64,000 nucleotides of DNA from Squalus acanthias (lineage: Eukaryota), in assembly GCA_030390025.1 (NCBI GenBank), contig CM059432.1, positions 151,096,001 through 151,160,000 of the forward strand. Direction: 5' to 3'. The translations under genes and the position numbers were made by a program. Shown here one piece after another: positions 36,601-48,600 of this stretch (the first letter of the stretch is position 1; every line of letters begins with the position of its first letter). The notes under the pieces are model-generated. The model was given only the letters and a program-made list of their open reading frames with translations. It was not told where the DNA came from and ran no database searches.

Positions 36601-39600
36601 GCCCCTCCGACAGTGCAGCGCTCCCTCAGTACTGCCCCTCCGACAGTGCAGCACTCCCTCAGTACTGCCGCTCCGACAGTGCAGCACTCCCTCAGTGCCG
36701 CCCCTCCGACAGTGCAGCGCTCCCTCAGTGCTGCCCCTCCGACAGTGCAGCACTCCCTCAGTACTGACCCTCTGACAGTGCAGTGCTCCCTCAGTACCGC
36801 CCCTCCGACAGTGCAGCGCTCCCTCAGTACTGCCACTCCGACAGTGCAGCGCTCCCTCAGTACTGCCCCTCCGACAGTGCAGCACTCCCTCAGTACTGCC
36901 CCTCCGACAGTGCAGCGCTCCCTCAGTGCTGCCCCTCCGACAGTGCAGCGCTCCCTCAGTACTGCCCCTCTGACAGTGCAGCGCTCCCTCAGTACTGCCC
37001 CTCCGACAGTGCAGCGCTCCCTCAGTGCTGCCCCTCCGACAGTGCAGCGCTCCCTCAGTACTGCCCCTCCGACAGTGCAGCGCTCCCTCAGTACTGCCCC
37101 TCCGACAGTGCAGCGCTCCCTCAGTGCCGCCACTCCGACAGTGCAGCGCTCCCTCAGTGCCGCCCCTCCGACAGTGCAGCGCTCCCTCAGTACCGCCCCT
37201 CTGACAGTGCCGCGCTCCCTCAGTATTGCCCCTCCGACAGTGCAGCACTCCCTCAGTGCCGCCACTCCGACAGTGCAGCGCTCCCTCAGTGCCGCCCCTC
37301 CGACAGTGCAGCGCTCCCTCAGTACCGCCCCTCCGACAGTGCAGCGCTCCCTCAGTGCCGCCACTCCGACAGTGCAGCGCTCCCTCAGTACCGCCCCTCC
37401 GACAGTGCAGCGCTCCCTCAGTACCGCCCCTCCGACAGTGCAGCGCTCCCTCAGTACTGCCCCTCCGACAGTGCAGCGCTCCCTCAGTACTGCCCCTCCG
37501 ACAGTGCAGCACTCCCTCAGTGCTGCTCCTCCGACAGTGCAGCACTCCCTCAGTGCCGCCCCTCCGACAGTGCAGCGCTCCCTCAGTACTGCCCCTCCGA
37601 CAGTGCAGCACTCCCTCAGTACTGACCCTCCGACAGTGCAGCGCTCCCTCTGTACCGCCCCTCCGACAGTGCGGCGCTCCCTCAGTACCGCCCCTCCGAC
37701 AGTGCAGCACTCCCTCAGTACTGCCCCTCCGACAGTGCAGCGCTCCCTCAGTACTGCCCCTGCGACAGTGCAGCGCTCCCTCAGTACTGTCCCTCCGACA
37801 GTGCAGGGCTCCCTCAGTACTGTCCCTCCGACAGTGCGGCGCTCCCTCAGTACTGCTCCTCCGACAGTGCAGCGCTCCCTCAGTACTGCCCCTCCGACAG
37901 TGCAGCACTCCTTCAGTACTGCCCCTCTGACAGTGTAGCACTCCCTCAGTACTGCCTCTCCGATAGCGCAGCGCTCCCTCAGTAATGCCTCTCCGACAGT
38001 GCGGCACTCCCTCAGTACTGCCCCTCCGACAGTGCGGCGCTCCCTCAGTACTGCCCCTCCGACAGTGCAGCGCTCACTCAGTACTGCACCTCCGACAGTG
38101 CAGCGCTCCCTCAGTACTGTCCCTCTGACAGTGCAGCGCTCCCTCAGTACTGCCCCTCCGACAGTGCAGCGCTCCCTCAGTGCCGTCCCTCCGACACTGC
38201 GGCGCTCCCTCAGTGCTGCCGCTCCGACAGCGCAGCGCTCCCTTAGTACCGCCCCTCCGACAGTGCGGCGCTCCCTCAGTGCTGCCGCTCCGACAGTGCA
38301 GCGCTCCCTCAGTGCCGCCCCTCCGACAGTGCAGCGCTCCCTCAGTGCCGCACCTCCGGCAGTGCAGCGCTCCCTCAGTGCCGCCCCTCTGACAGTGCAG
38401 CGCTCCCTCAGTGCTGCCGCTCCGACAGTGCAGCGATCCCTCATTACTGCCCCTCCGACAGTGCAGGGCTCCCTCAGTACTGCCCCTCCGACAGTGCAGC
38501 ACTCCCTCAGTACTGCCCCTCCGACAGTGCGGCGCTCCCTCAGTACTGCCCCTCCGACAGTGCGGCGCTCCCTCAGTGCCGCACCTCCGGCAGTGCAGCG
38601 CTCCCTCAGTGCCGCCCCTCTAACAGTGCTGCCGCTCCGACAGTGCAGCGATCCCTCAGTGCCGCCCCTCCGACAGTGCAGCGCTCCCTCAGTGCCGCAC
38701 TTCCGGCAGTGCAGCGCTCCCTCAGTGCCGCCTTTCTGACAGTGCAGCGCTCCCTCAGTGCTGCCGCTCCGACAGTGCAGCGATCCCTCAGTACTGCCCT
38801 CCGACAGTGCAGGGCTCCCTCAGTGCTGCCCCTCCGACAGTGCAGCCTCTCTCAGTACTGCCCCTCCGACAGTGCAGGGCTCCCTCAGTACTGCCCCTCC
38901 GACAGTGCGGCGCTCCCTCAGTCCTGCCCCTCCGACAGTGCAGCGCTCCCTCAGTACTGCCCCTCCGACAGTGCAGCGCCCCCTCAGTACTGCCCCTCCG
39001 ACAGTGCAGCGCTCCCTCAGTACTGCCCCTCCGACAGTGCAGCACTCCCTCAGTACTGCCGCTCCGACAGTGCAGCACTCCCTCAGTGCCGCCCCTCCGA
39101 CAGTGCAGCGCTCCCTCAGTGCTGCCCCTCCGACAGTGCAGCACTCCCTCAGTACTGACCCTCTGACAGTGCAGTGCTCCCTCAGTACCGCCCCTCCGAC
39201 AGTGCAGCGCTCCCTCAGTACTGCCACTCCGACAGTGCAGCGCTCCCTCAGTGCTGCCCCTCCGACAGTGCAGCGCTCCCTCAGTACTGCCCCTCTGACA
39301 GTGCAGCGCTCCCTCAGTACTGCCTTCCTCGACAGTGCAGCGCTCCCTCAGTGCTGCCCCTCCGAAAGTGCAGCGCTCCCTCAGTATGCCCTCCGACAGT
39401 GCAGCGCTCCCTCAGTACTGCCCCTCCGACAGTGCAGCGCTCCCTCAGTGCCGCCACTCCGACAGTGCAGCGCCTCCCTCAGTGCCGCCCCTCGACAGTG
39501 CAGCGCTCCCTCAGTACCGCCCCTCTGACAGTGCCGCGCTCCCTCAGTATTGCCCCTCCGACAGTGCAGCACTCCCTCAGTGCCGCCACTCGACAGTGCA

Positions 39601-42600
39601 GCGCTCCCTCAGTGCCGCCCCTCCGACAGTGCAGCGCTCCCTCAGTACCGCCCCTCCGACAGTGCAGCGCTCCCTCAGTGCCGCACTCCGACAGTGCAGC
39701 GCTCCCTCAGTACCGCCCCTCCGACAGTGCAGCGCTCCCCTCAGTACCGCCCCTCCGACAGTGCAAGCGCTCCCTCAGTACTGCCCCTCCGACAGTGCAG
39801 CGCTCCCTCAGTACTGCCCCTCGACAGTGCAGCACTCCTGCAGTGCTTCTCCTCCGACTTGCAAGCCACTCCCTCAGTGCCGCCCCTCCGACAGTGCAGC
39901 GCTCCCTCAGTACTGCCCCTCTGACAGTGCAGCACTCCCTCAGTACTGACCCTCCGACAGTGCAGCGCTCCCTCAGTACCGCCCCTCCGACAGTGCGCGC
40001 TCCCTCAGTACAGCCCCTCCGACAGTGCAGCGCTCCCTCAGTACTGCCCCTCCGACAGTGCAGCGCTCCCTCAGTACTGCCCCTCCGACAGTGCAGCGCT
40101 CCCTCAGTACTGCCCCTCCGACAGTGCAGCGCTCCCTCAGTACTGCCCCTCCGACAGTGCAGCGCTCCCTCAGTACTGCCCCTCCGACAGTGCAGCGCTC
40201 CCTCAGTACTGCCCCTCCGACAGTGCAGCGCTCCCTCAGTACTGCCCCTCCGACAGTGCAGCGCTCCCTCAGTACTGCCCCTCCGACAGTGCAGCGCTCC
40301 CTCAGTACTGCCCCTCCGACAGTGCAGCGCTCCCTCAGTACTGCCCCTCCGACAGTGCAGCGCTCCCTCAGTACTGCCCCTCCGACAGTGCAGCGCTCCC
40401 TCAGTACTGCCCCTCCGACAGTGCAGCGCTCCCTCAGTACTGCCCCTCCGACAGTGCAGCGCTCCCTCAGTACTGCCCCTCCGACAGTGCAGCGCTCCCT
40501 CAGTACTGCCCCTCCGACAGTGCAGCGCTCCCTCAGTACTGCCCCTCCGACAGTGCAGCGCTCCCTCAGTACTGCCCCTCCGACAGTGCAGCGCTCCCTC
40601 AGTACTGCCCCTCCGACAGTGCAGCGCTCCCTCAGTACTGCCCCTCCGACAGTGCAGCGCTCCCTCAGTACTGCCCCTCCGACAGTGCAGCGCTCCCTCA
40701 GTACTGCCCCTCCGACAGTGCAGCGCTCCCTCAGTACTGCCCCTCCGACAGTGCAGCGCTCCCTCAGTACTGCCCCTCCGACAGTGCAGCGCTCCCTCAG
40801 TACTGCCCCTCCGACAGTGCAGCGCTCCCTCAGTACTGCCCCTCCGACAGTGCAGCGCTCCCTCAGTACTGCCCCTCCGACAGTGCAGCGCTCCCTCAGT
40901 ACTGCCCCTCCGACAGTGCAGCGCTCCCTCAGTACTGCCCCTCCGACAGTGCAGCGCTCCCTCAGTACTGCCCCTCCGACAGTGCAGCGCTCCCTCAGTA
41001 CTGCCCCTCCGACAGTGCAGCGCTCCCTCAGTACTGCCCCTCCGACAGTGCAGCGCTCCCTCAGTACTGCCCCTCCGACAGTGCAGCGCTCCCTCAGTAC
41101 TGCCCCTCCGACAGTGCAGCGCTCCCTCAGTACTGCCCCTCCGACAGTGCAGCGCTCCCTCAGTACTGCCCCTCCGACAGTGCAGCGCTCCCTCAGTACT
41201 GCCCCTCCGACAGTGCAGCGCTCCCTCAGTACTGCCCCTCCGACAGTGCAGCGCTCCCTCAGTACTGCCCCTCCGACAGTGCAGCGCTCCCTCAGTACTG
41301 CCCCTCCGACAGTGCAGCGCTCCCTCAGTACTGCCCCTCCGACAGTGCAGCGCTCCCTCAGTACTGCCCCTCCGACAGTGCAGCGCTCCCTCAGTACTGC
41401 CCCTCCGACAGTGCAGCGCTCCCTCAGTACTGCCCCTCCGACAGTGCAGCGCTCCCTCAGTACTGCCCCTCCGACAGTGCAGCGCTCCCTCAGTACTGCC
41501 CCTCCGACAGTGCAGCGCTCCCTCAGTACTGCCCCTCCGACAGTGCAGCGCTCCCTCAGTACTGCCCCTCCGACAGTGCAGCGCTCCCTCAGTACTGCCC
41601 CTCCGACAGTGCAGCGCTCCCTCAGTACTGCCCCTCCGACAGTGCAGCGCTCCCTCAGTACTGCCCCTCCGACAGTGCAGCGCTCCCTCAGTACTGCCCC
41701 TCCGACAGTGCAGCGCTCCCTCAGTACTGCCCCTCCGACAGTGCAGCGCTCCCTCAGTACTGCCCCTCCGACAGTGCAGCGCTCCCTCAGTACTGCCCCT
41801 CCGACAGTGCAGCGCTCCCTCAGTACTGCCCCTCCGACAGTGCAGCGCTCCCTCAGTACTGCCCCTCCGACAGTGCAGCGCTCCCTCAGTACTGCCCCTC
41901 CGACAGTGCAGCGCTCCCTCAGTACTGCCCCTCCGACAGTGCAGCGCTCCCTCAGTACTGCCCCTCCGACAGTGCAGCGCTCCCTCAGTACTGCCCCTCC
42001 GACAGTGCAGCGCTCCCTCAGTACTGCCCCTCCGACAGTGCAGCGCTCCCTCAGTACTGCCCCTCCGACAGTGCAGCGCTCCCTCAGTACTGCCCCTCCG
42101 ACAGTGCAGCGCTCCCTCAGTACTGCCCCTCCGACAGTGCAGCGCTCCCTCAGTACTGCCCCTCCGACAGTGCAGCGCTCCCTCAGTACTGCCCCTCCGA
42201 CAGTGCAGCGCTCCCTCAGTACTGCCCCTCCGACAGTGCAGCGCTCCCTCAGTACTGCCCCTCCGACAGTGCAGCGCTCCCTCAGTACTGCCCCTCCGAC
42301 AGTGCAGCGCTCCCTCAGTACTGCCCCTCCGACAGTGCAGCGCTCCCTCAGTACTGCCCCTCCGACAGTGCAGCGCTCCCTCAGTACTGCCCCTCCGACA
42401 GTGCAGCGCTCCCTCAGTACTGCCCCTCCGACAGTGCAGCGCTCCCTCAGTACTGCCCCTCCGACAGTGCAGCGCTCCCTCAGTACTGCCCCTCCGACAG
42501 TGCAGCGCTCCCTCAGTACTGCCCCTCCGACAGTGCAGCGCTCCCTCAGTACTGCCCCTCCGACAGTGCAGCGCTCCCTCAGTACTGCCCCTCCGACAGT

Positions 42601-45600
42601 GCAGCGCTCCCTCAGTACTGCCCCTCCGACAGTGCAGCGCTCCCTCAGTACTGCCCCTCCGACAGTGCAGCGCTCCCTCAGTACTGCCCCTCCGACAGTG
42701 CAGCGCTCCCTCAGTACTGCCCCTCCGACAGTGCAGCGCTCCCTCAGTACTGCCCCTCCGACAGTGCAGCGCTCCCTCAGTACTGCCCCTCCGACAGTGC
42801 AGCGCTCCCTCAGTACTGCCCCTCCGACAGTGCAGCGCTCCCTCAGTACTGCCCCTCCGACAGTGCAGCGCTCCCTCAGTACTGCCCCTCCGACAGTGCA
42901 GCGCTCCCTCAGTACTGCCCCTCCGACAGTGCAGCGCTCCCTCAGTACTGCCCCTCCGACAGTGCAGCGCTCCCTCAGTACTGCCCCTCCGACAGTGCAG
43001 CGCTCCCTCAGTACTGCCCCTCCGACAGTGCAGCGCTCCCTCAGTACTGCCCCTCCGACAGTGCAGCGCTCCCTCAGTACTGCCCCTCCGACAGTGCAGC
43101 GCTCCCTCAGTACTGCCCCTCCGACAGTGCAGCGCTCCCTCAGTACTGCCCCTCCGACAGTGCAGCGCTCCCTCAGTACTGCCCCTCCGACAGTGCAGCG
43201 CTCCCTCAGTACTGCCCCTCCGACAGTGCAGCGCTCCCTCAGTACTGCCCCTCCGACAGTGCAGCGCTCCCTCAGTACTGCCCCTCCGACAGTGCAGCGC
43301 TCCCTCAGTACTGCCCCTCCGACAGTGCAGCGCTCCCTCAGTACTGCCCCTCCGACAGTGCAGCGCTCCCTCAGTACTGCCCCTCCGACAGTGCAGCGCT
43401 CCCTCAGTACTGCCCCTCCGACAGTGCAGCGCTCCCTCAGTACTGCCCCTCCGACAGTGCAGCGCTCCCTCAGTACTGCCCCTCCGACAGTGCAGCGCTC
43501 CCTCAGTACTGCCCCTCCGACAGTGCAGCGCTCCCTCAGTACTGCCCCTCCGACAGTGCAGCGCTCCCTCAGTACTGCCCCTCCGACAGTGCAGCGCTCC
43601 CTCAGTACTGCCCCTCCGACAGTGCAGCGCTCCCTCAGTACTGCCCCTCCGACAGTGCAGCGCTCCCTCAGTACTGCCCCTCCGACAGTGCAGCGCTCCC
43701 TCAGTACTGCCCCTCCGACAGTGCAGCGCTCCCTCAGTACTGCCCCTCCGACAGTGCAGCGCTCCCTCAGTACTGCCCCTCCGACAGTGCAGCGCTCCCT
43801 CAGTACTGCCCCTCCGACAGTGCAGCGCTCCCTCAGTACTGCCCCTCCGACAGTGCAGCGCTCCCTCAGTACTGCCCCTCCGACAGTGCAGCGCTCCCTC
43901 AGTACTGCCCCTCCGACAGTGCAGCGCTCCCTCAGTACTGCCCCTCCGACAGTGCAGCGCTCCCTCAGTACTGCCCCTCCGACAGTGCAGCGCTCCCTCA
44001 GTACTGCCCCTCCGACAGTGCAGCGCTCCCTCAGTACTGCCCCTCCGACAGTGCAGCGCTCCCTCAGTACTGCCCCTCCGACAGTGCAGCGCTCCCTCAG
44101 TACTGCCCCTCCGACAGTGCAGCGCTCCCTCAGTACTGCCCCTCCGACAGTGCAGCGCTCCCTCAGTACTGCCCCTCCGACAGTGCAGCGCTCCCTCAGT
44201 ACTGCCCCTCCGACAGTGCAGCGCTCCCTCAGTACTGCCCCTCCGACAGTGCAGCGCTCCCTCAGTACTGCCCCTCCGACAGTGCAGCGCTCCCTCAGTA
44301 CTGCCCCTCCGACAGTGCAGCGCTCCCTCAGTACTGCCCCTCCGACAGTGCAGCGCTCCCTCAGTACTGCCCCTCCGACAGTGCAGCGCTCCCTCAGTAC
44401 TGCCCCTCCGACAGTGCAGCGCTCCCTCAGTACTGCCCCTCCGACAGTGCAGCGCTCCCTCAGTACTGCCCCTCCGACAGTGCAGCGCTCCCTCAGTACT
44501 GCCCCTCCGACAGTGCAGCGCTCCCTCAGTACTGCCCCTCCGACAGTGCAGCGCTCCCTCAGTACTGCCCCTCCGACAGTGCAGCGCTCCCTCAGTACTG
44601 CCCCTCCGACAGTGCAGCGCTCCCTCAGTACTGCCCCTCCGACAGTGCAGCGCTCCCTCAGTACTGCCCCTCCGACAGTGCAGCGCTCCCTCAGTACTGC
44701 CCCTCCGACAGTGCAGCGCTCCCTCAGTACTGCCCCTCCGACAGTGCAGCGCTCCCTCAGTACTGCCCCTCCGACAGTGCAGCGCTCCCTCAGTACTGCC
44801 CCTCCGACAGTGCAGCGCTCCCTCAGTACTGCCCCTCCGACAGTGCAGCGCTCCCTCAGTACTGCCCCTCCGACAGTGCAGCGCTCCCTCAGTACTGCCC
44901 CTCCGACAGTGCAGCGCTCCCTCAGTACTGCCCCTCCGACAGTGCAGCGCTCCCTCAGTACTGCCCCTCCGACAGTGCAGCGCTCCCTCAGTACTGCCCC
45001 TCCGACAGTGCAGCGCTCCCTCAGTACTGCCCCTCCGACAGTGCAGCGCTCCCTCAGTACTGCCCCTCCGACAGTGCAGCGCTCCCTCAGTACTGCCCCT
45101 CCGACAGTGCAGCGCTCCCTCAGTACTGCCCCTCCGACAGTGCAGCGCTCCCTCAGTACTGCCCCTCCGACAGTGCAGCGCTCCCTCAGTACTGCCCCTC
45201 CGACAGTGCAGCGCTCCCTCAGTACTGCCCCTCCGACAGTGCAGCGCTCCCTCAGTACTGCCCCTCCGACAGTGCAGCGCTCCCTCAGTACTGCCCCTCC
45301 GACAGTGCAGCGCTCCCTCAGTACTGCCCCTCCGACAGTGCAGCGCTCCCTCAGTACTGCCCCTCCGACAGTGCAGCGCTCCCTCAGTACTGCCCCTCCG
45401 ACAGTGCAGCGCTCCCTCAGTACTGCCCCTCCGACAGTGCAGCGCTCCCTCAGTACTGCCCCTCCGACAGTGCAGCGCTCCCTCAGTACTGCCCCTCCGA
45501 CAGTGCAGCGCTCCCTCAGTACTGCCCCTCCGACAGTGCAGCGCTCCCTCAGTACTGCCCCTCCGACAGTGCAGCGCTCCCTCAGTACTGCCCCTCCGAC

Positions 45601-48600
45601 AGTGCAGCGCTCCCTCAGTACTGCCCCTCCGACAGTGCAGCGCTCCCTCAGTACTGCCCCTCCGACAGTGCAGCGCTCCCTCAGTACTGCCCCTCCGACA
45701 GTGCAGCGCTCCCTCAGTACTGCCCCTCCGACAGTGCAGCGCTCCCTCAGTACTGCCCCTCCGACAGTGCAGCGCTCCCTCAGTACTGCCCCTCCGACAG
45801 TGCAGCGCTCCCTCAGTACTGCCCCTCCGACAGTGCAGCGCTCCCTCAGTACTGCCCCTCCGACAGTGCAGCGCTCCCTCAGTACTGCCCCTCCGACAGT
45901 GCAGCGCTCCCTCAGTACTGCCCCTCCGACAGTGCAGCGCTCCCTCAGTACTGCCCCTCCGACAGTGCAGCGCTCCCTCAGTACTGCCCCTCCGACAGTG
46001 CAGCGCTCCCTCAGTACTGCCCCTCCGACAGTGCAGCGCTCCCTCAGTACTGCCCCTCCGACAGTGCAGCGCTCCCTCAGTACTGCCCCTCCGACAGTGC
46101 AGCGCTCCCTCAGTACTGCCCCTCCGACAGTGCAGCGCTCCCTCAGTACTGCCCCTCCGACAGTGCAGCGCTCCCTCAGTACTGCCCCTCCGACAGTGCA
46201 GCGCTCCCTCAGTACTGCCCCTCCGACAGTGCAGCGCTCCCTCAGTACTGCCCCTCCGACAGTGCAGCGCTCCCTCAGTACTGCCCCTCCGACAGTGCAG
46301 CGCTCCCTCAGTACTGCCCCTCCGACAGTGCAGCGCTCCCTCAGTACTGCCCCTCCGACAGTGCAGCGCTCCCTCAGTACTGCCCCTCCGACAGTGCAGC
46401 GCTCCCTCAGTACTGCCCCTCCGACAGTGCAGCGCTCCCTCAGTACTGCCCCTCCGACAGTGCAGCGCTCCCTCAGTACTGCCCCTCCGACAGTGCAGCG
46501 CTCCCTCAGTACTGCCCCTCCGACAGTGCAGCGCTCCCTCAGTACTGCCCCTCCGACAGTGCAGCGCTCCCTCAGTACTGCCCCTCCGACAGTGCAGCGC
46601 TCCCTCAGTACTGCCCCTCCGACAGTGCAGCGCTCCCTCAGTACTGCCCCTCCGACAGTGCAGCGCTCCCTCAGTACTGCCCCTCCGACAGTGCAGCGCT
46701 CCCTCAGTACTGCCCCTCCGACAGTGCAGCGCTCCCTCAGTACTGCCCCTCCGACAGTGCAGCGCTCCCTCAGTACTGCCCCTCCGACAGTGCAGCGCTC
46801 CCTCAGTACTGCCCCTCCGACAGTGCAGCGCTCCCTCAGTACTGCCCCTCCGACAGTGCAGCGCTCCCTCAGTACTGCCCCTCCGACAGTGCAGCGCTCC
46901 CTCAGTACTGCCCCTCCGACAGTGCAGCGCTCCCTCAGTACTGCCCCTCCGACAGTGCAGCGCTCCCTCAGTACTGCCCCTCCGACAGTGCAGCGCTCCC
47001 TCAGTACTGCCCCTCCGACAGTGCAGCGCTCCCTCAGTACTGCCCCTCCGACAGTGCAGCGCTCCCTCAGTACTGCCCCTCCGACAGTGCAGCGCTCCCT
47101 CAGTACTGCCCCTCCGACAGTGCAGCGCTCCCTCAGTACTGCCCCTCCGACAGTGCAGCGCTCCCTCAGTACTGCCCCTCCGACAGTGCAGCGCTCCCTC
47201 AGTACTGCCCCTCCGACAGTGCAGCGCTCCCTCAGTACTGCCCCTCCGACAGTGCAGCGCTCCCTCAGTACTGCCCCTCCGACAGTGCAGCGCTCCCTCA
47301 GTACTGCCCCTCCGACAGTGCAGCGCTCCCTCAGTACTGCCCCTCCGACAGTGCAGCGCTCCCTCAGTACTGCCCCTCCGACAGTGCAGCGCTCCCTCAG
47401 TACTGCCCCTCCGACAGTGCAGCGCTCCCTCAGTACTGCCCCTCCGACAGTGCAGCGCTCCCTCAGTACTGCCCCTCCGACAGTGCAGCGCTCCCTCAGT
47501 ACTGCCCCTCCGACAGTGCAGCGCTCCCTCAGTACTGCCCCTCCGACAGTGCAGCGCTCCCTCAGTACTGCCCCTCCGACAGTGCAGCGCTCCCTCAGTA
47601 CTGCCCCTCCGACAGTGCAGCGCTCCCTCAGTACTGCCCCTCCGACAGTGCAGCGCTCCCTCAGTACTGCCCCTCCGACAGTGCAGCGCTCCCTCAGTAC
47701 TGCCCCTCCGACAGTGCAGCGCTCCCTCAGTACTGCCCCTCCGACAGTGCAGCGCTCCCTCAGTACTGCCCCTCCGACAGTGCAGCGCTCCCTCAGTACT
47801 GCCCCTCCGACAGTGCAGCGCTCCCTCAGTACTGCCCCTCCGACAGTGCAGCGCTCCCTCAGTACTGCCCCTCCGACAGTGCAGCGCTCCCTCAGTACTG
47901 CCCCTCCGACAGTGCAGCGCTCCCTCAGTACTGCCCCTCCGACAGTGCAGCGCTCCCTCAGTACTGCCCCTCCGACAGTGCAGCGCTCCCTCAGTACTGC
48001 CCCTCCGACAGTGCAGCGCTCCCTCAGTACTGCCCCTCCGACAGTGCAGCGCTCCCTCAGTACTGCCCCTCCGACAGTGCAGCGCTCCCTCAGTACTGCC
48101 CCTCCGACAGTGCAGCGCTCCCTCAGTACTGCCCCTCCGACAGTGCAGCGCTCCCTCAGTACTGCCCCTCCGACAGTGCAGCGCTCCCTCAGTACTGCCC
48201 CTCCGACAGTGCAGCGCTCCCTCAGTACTGCCCCTCCGACAGTGCAGCGCTCCCTCAGTACTGCCCCTCCGACAGTGCAGCGCTCCCTCAGTACTGCCCC
48301 TCCGACAGTGCAGCGCTCCCTCAGTACTGCCCCTCCGACAGTGCAGCGCTCCCTCAGTACTGCCCCTCCGACAGTGCAGCGCTCCCTCAGTACTGCCCCT
48401 CCGACAGTGCAGCGCTCCCTCAGTACTGCCCCTCCGACAGTGCAGCGCTCCCTCAGTACTGCCCCTCCGACAGTGCAGCGCTCCCTCAGTACTGCCCCTC
48501 CGACAGTGCAGCGCTCCCTCAGTACTGCCCCTCCGACAGTGCAGCGCTCCCTCAGTACTGCCCCTCCGACAGTGCAGCGCTCCCTCAGTACTGCCCCTCC

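Noticed and set aside
40021..40053. CTCF or PRDM9 motif in the satellite monomer
   Set aside because: Only the GGGGCAGTA half resembles CTCF and the core CCAC/CAG is absent; PRDM9 motifs are species-specific.
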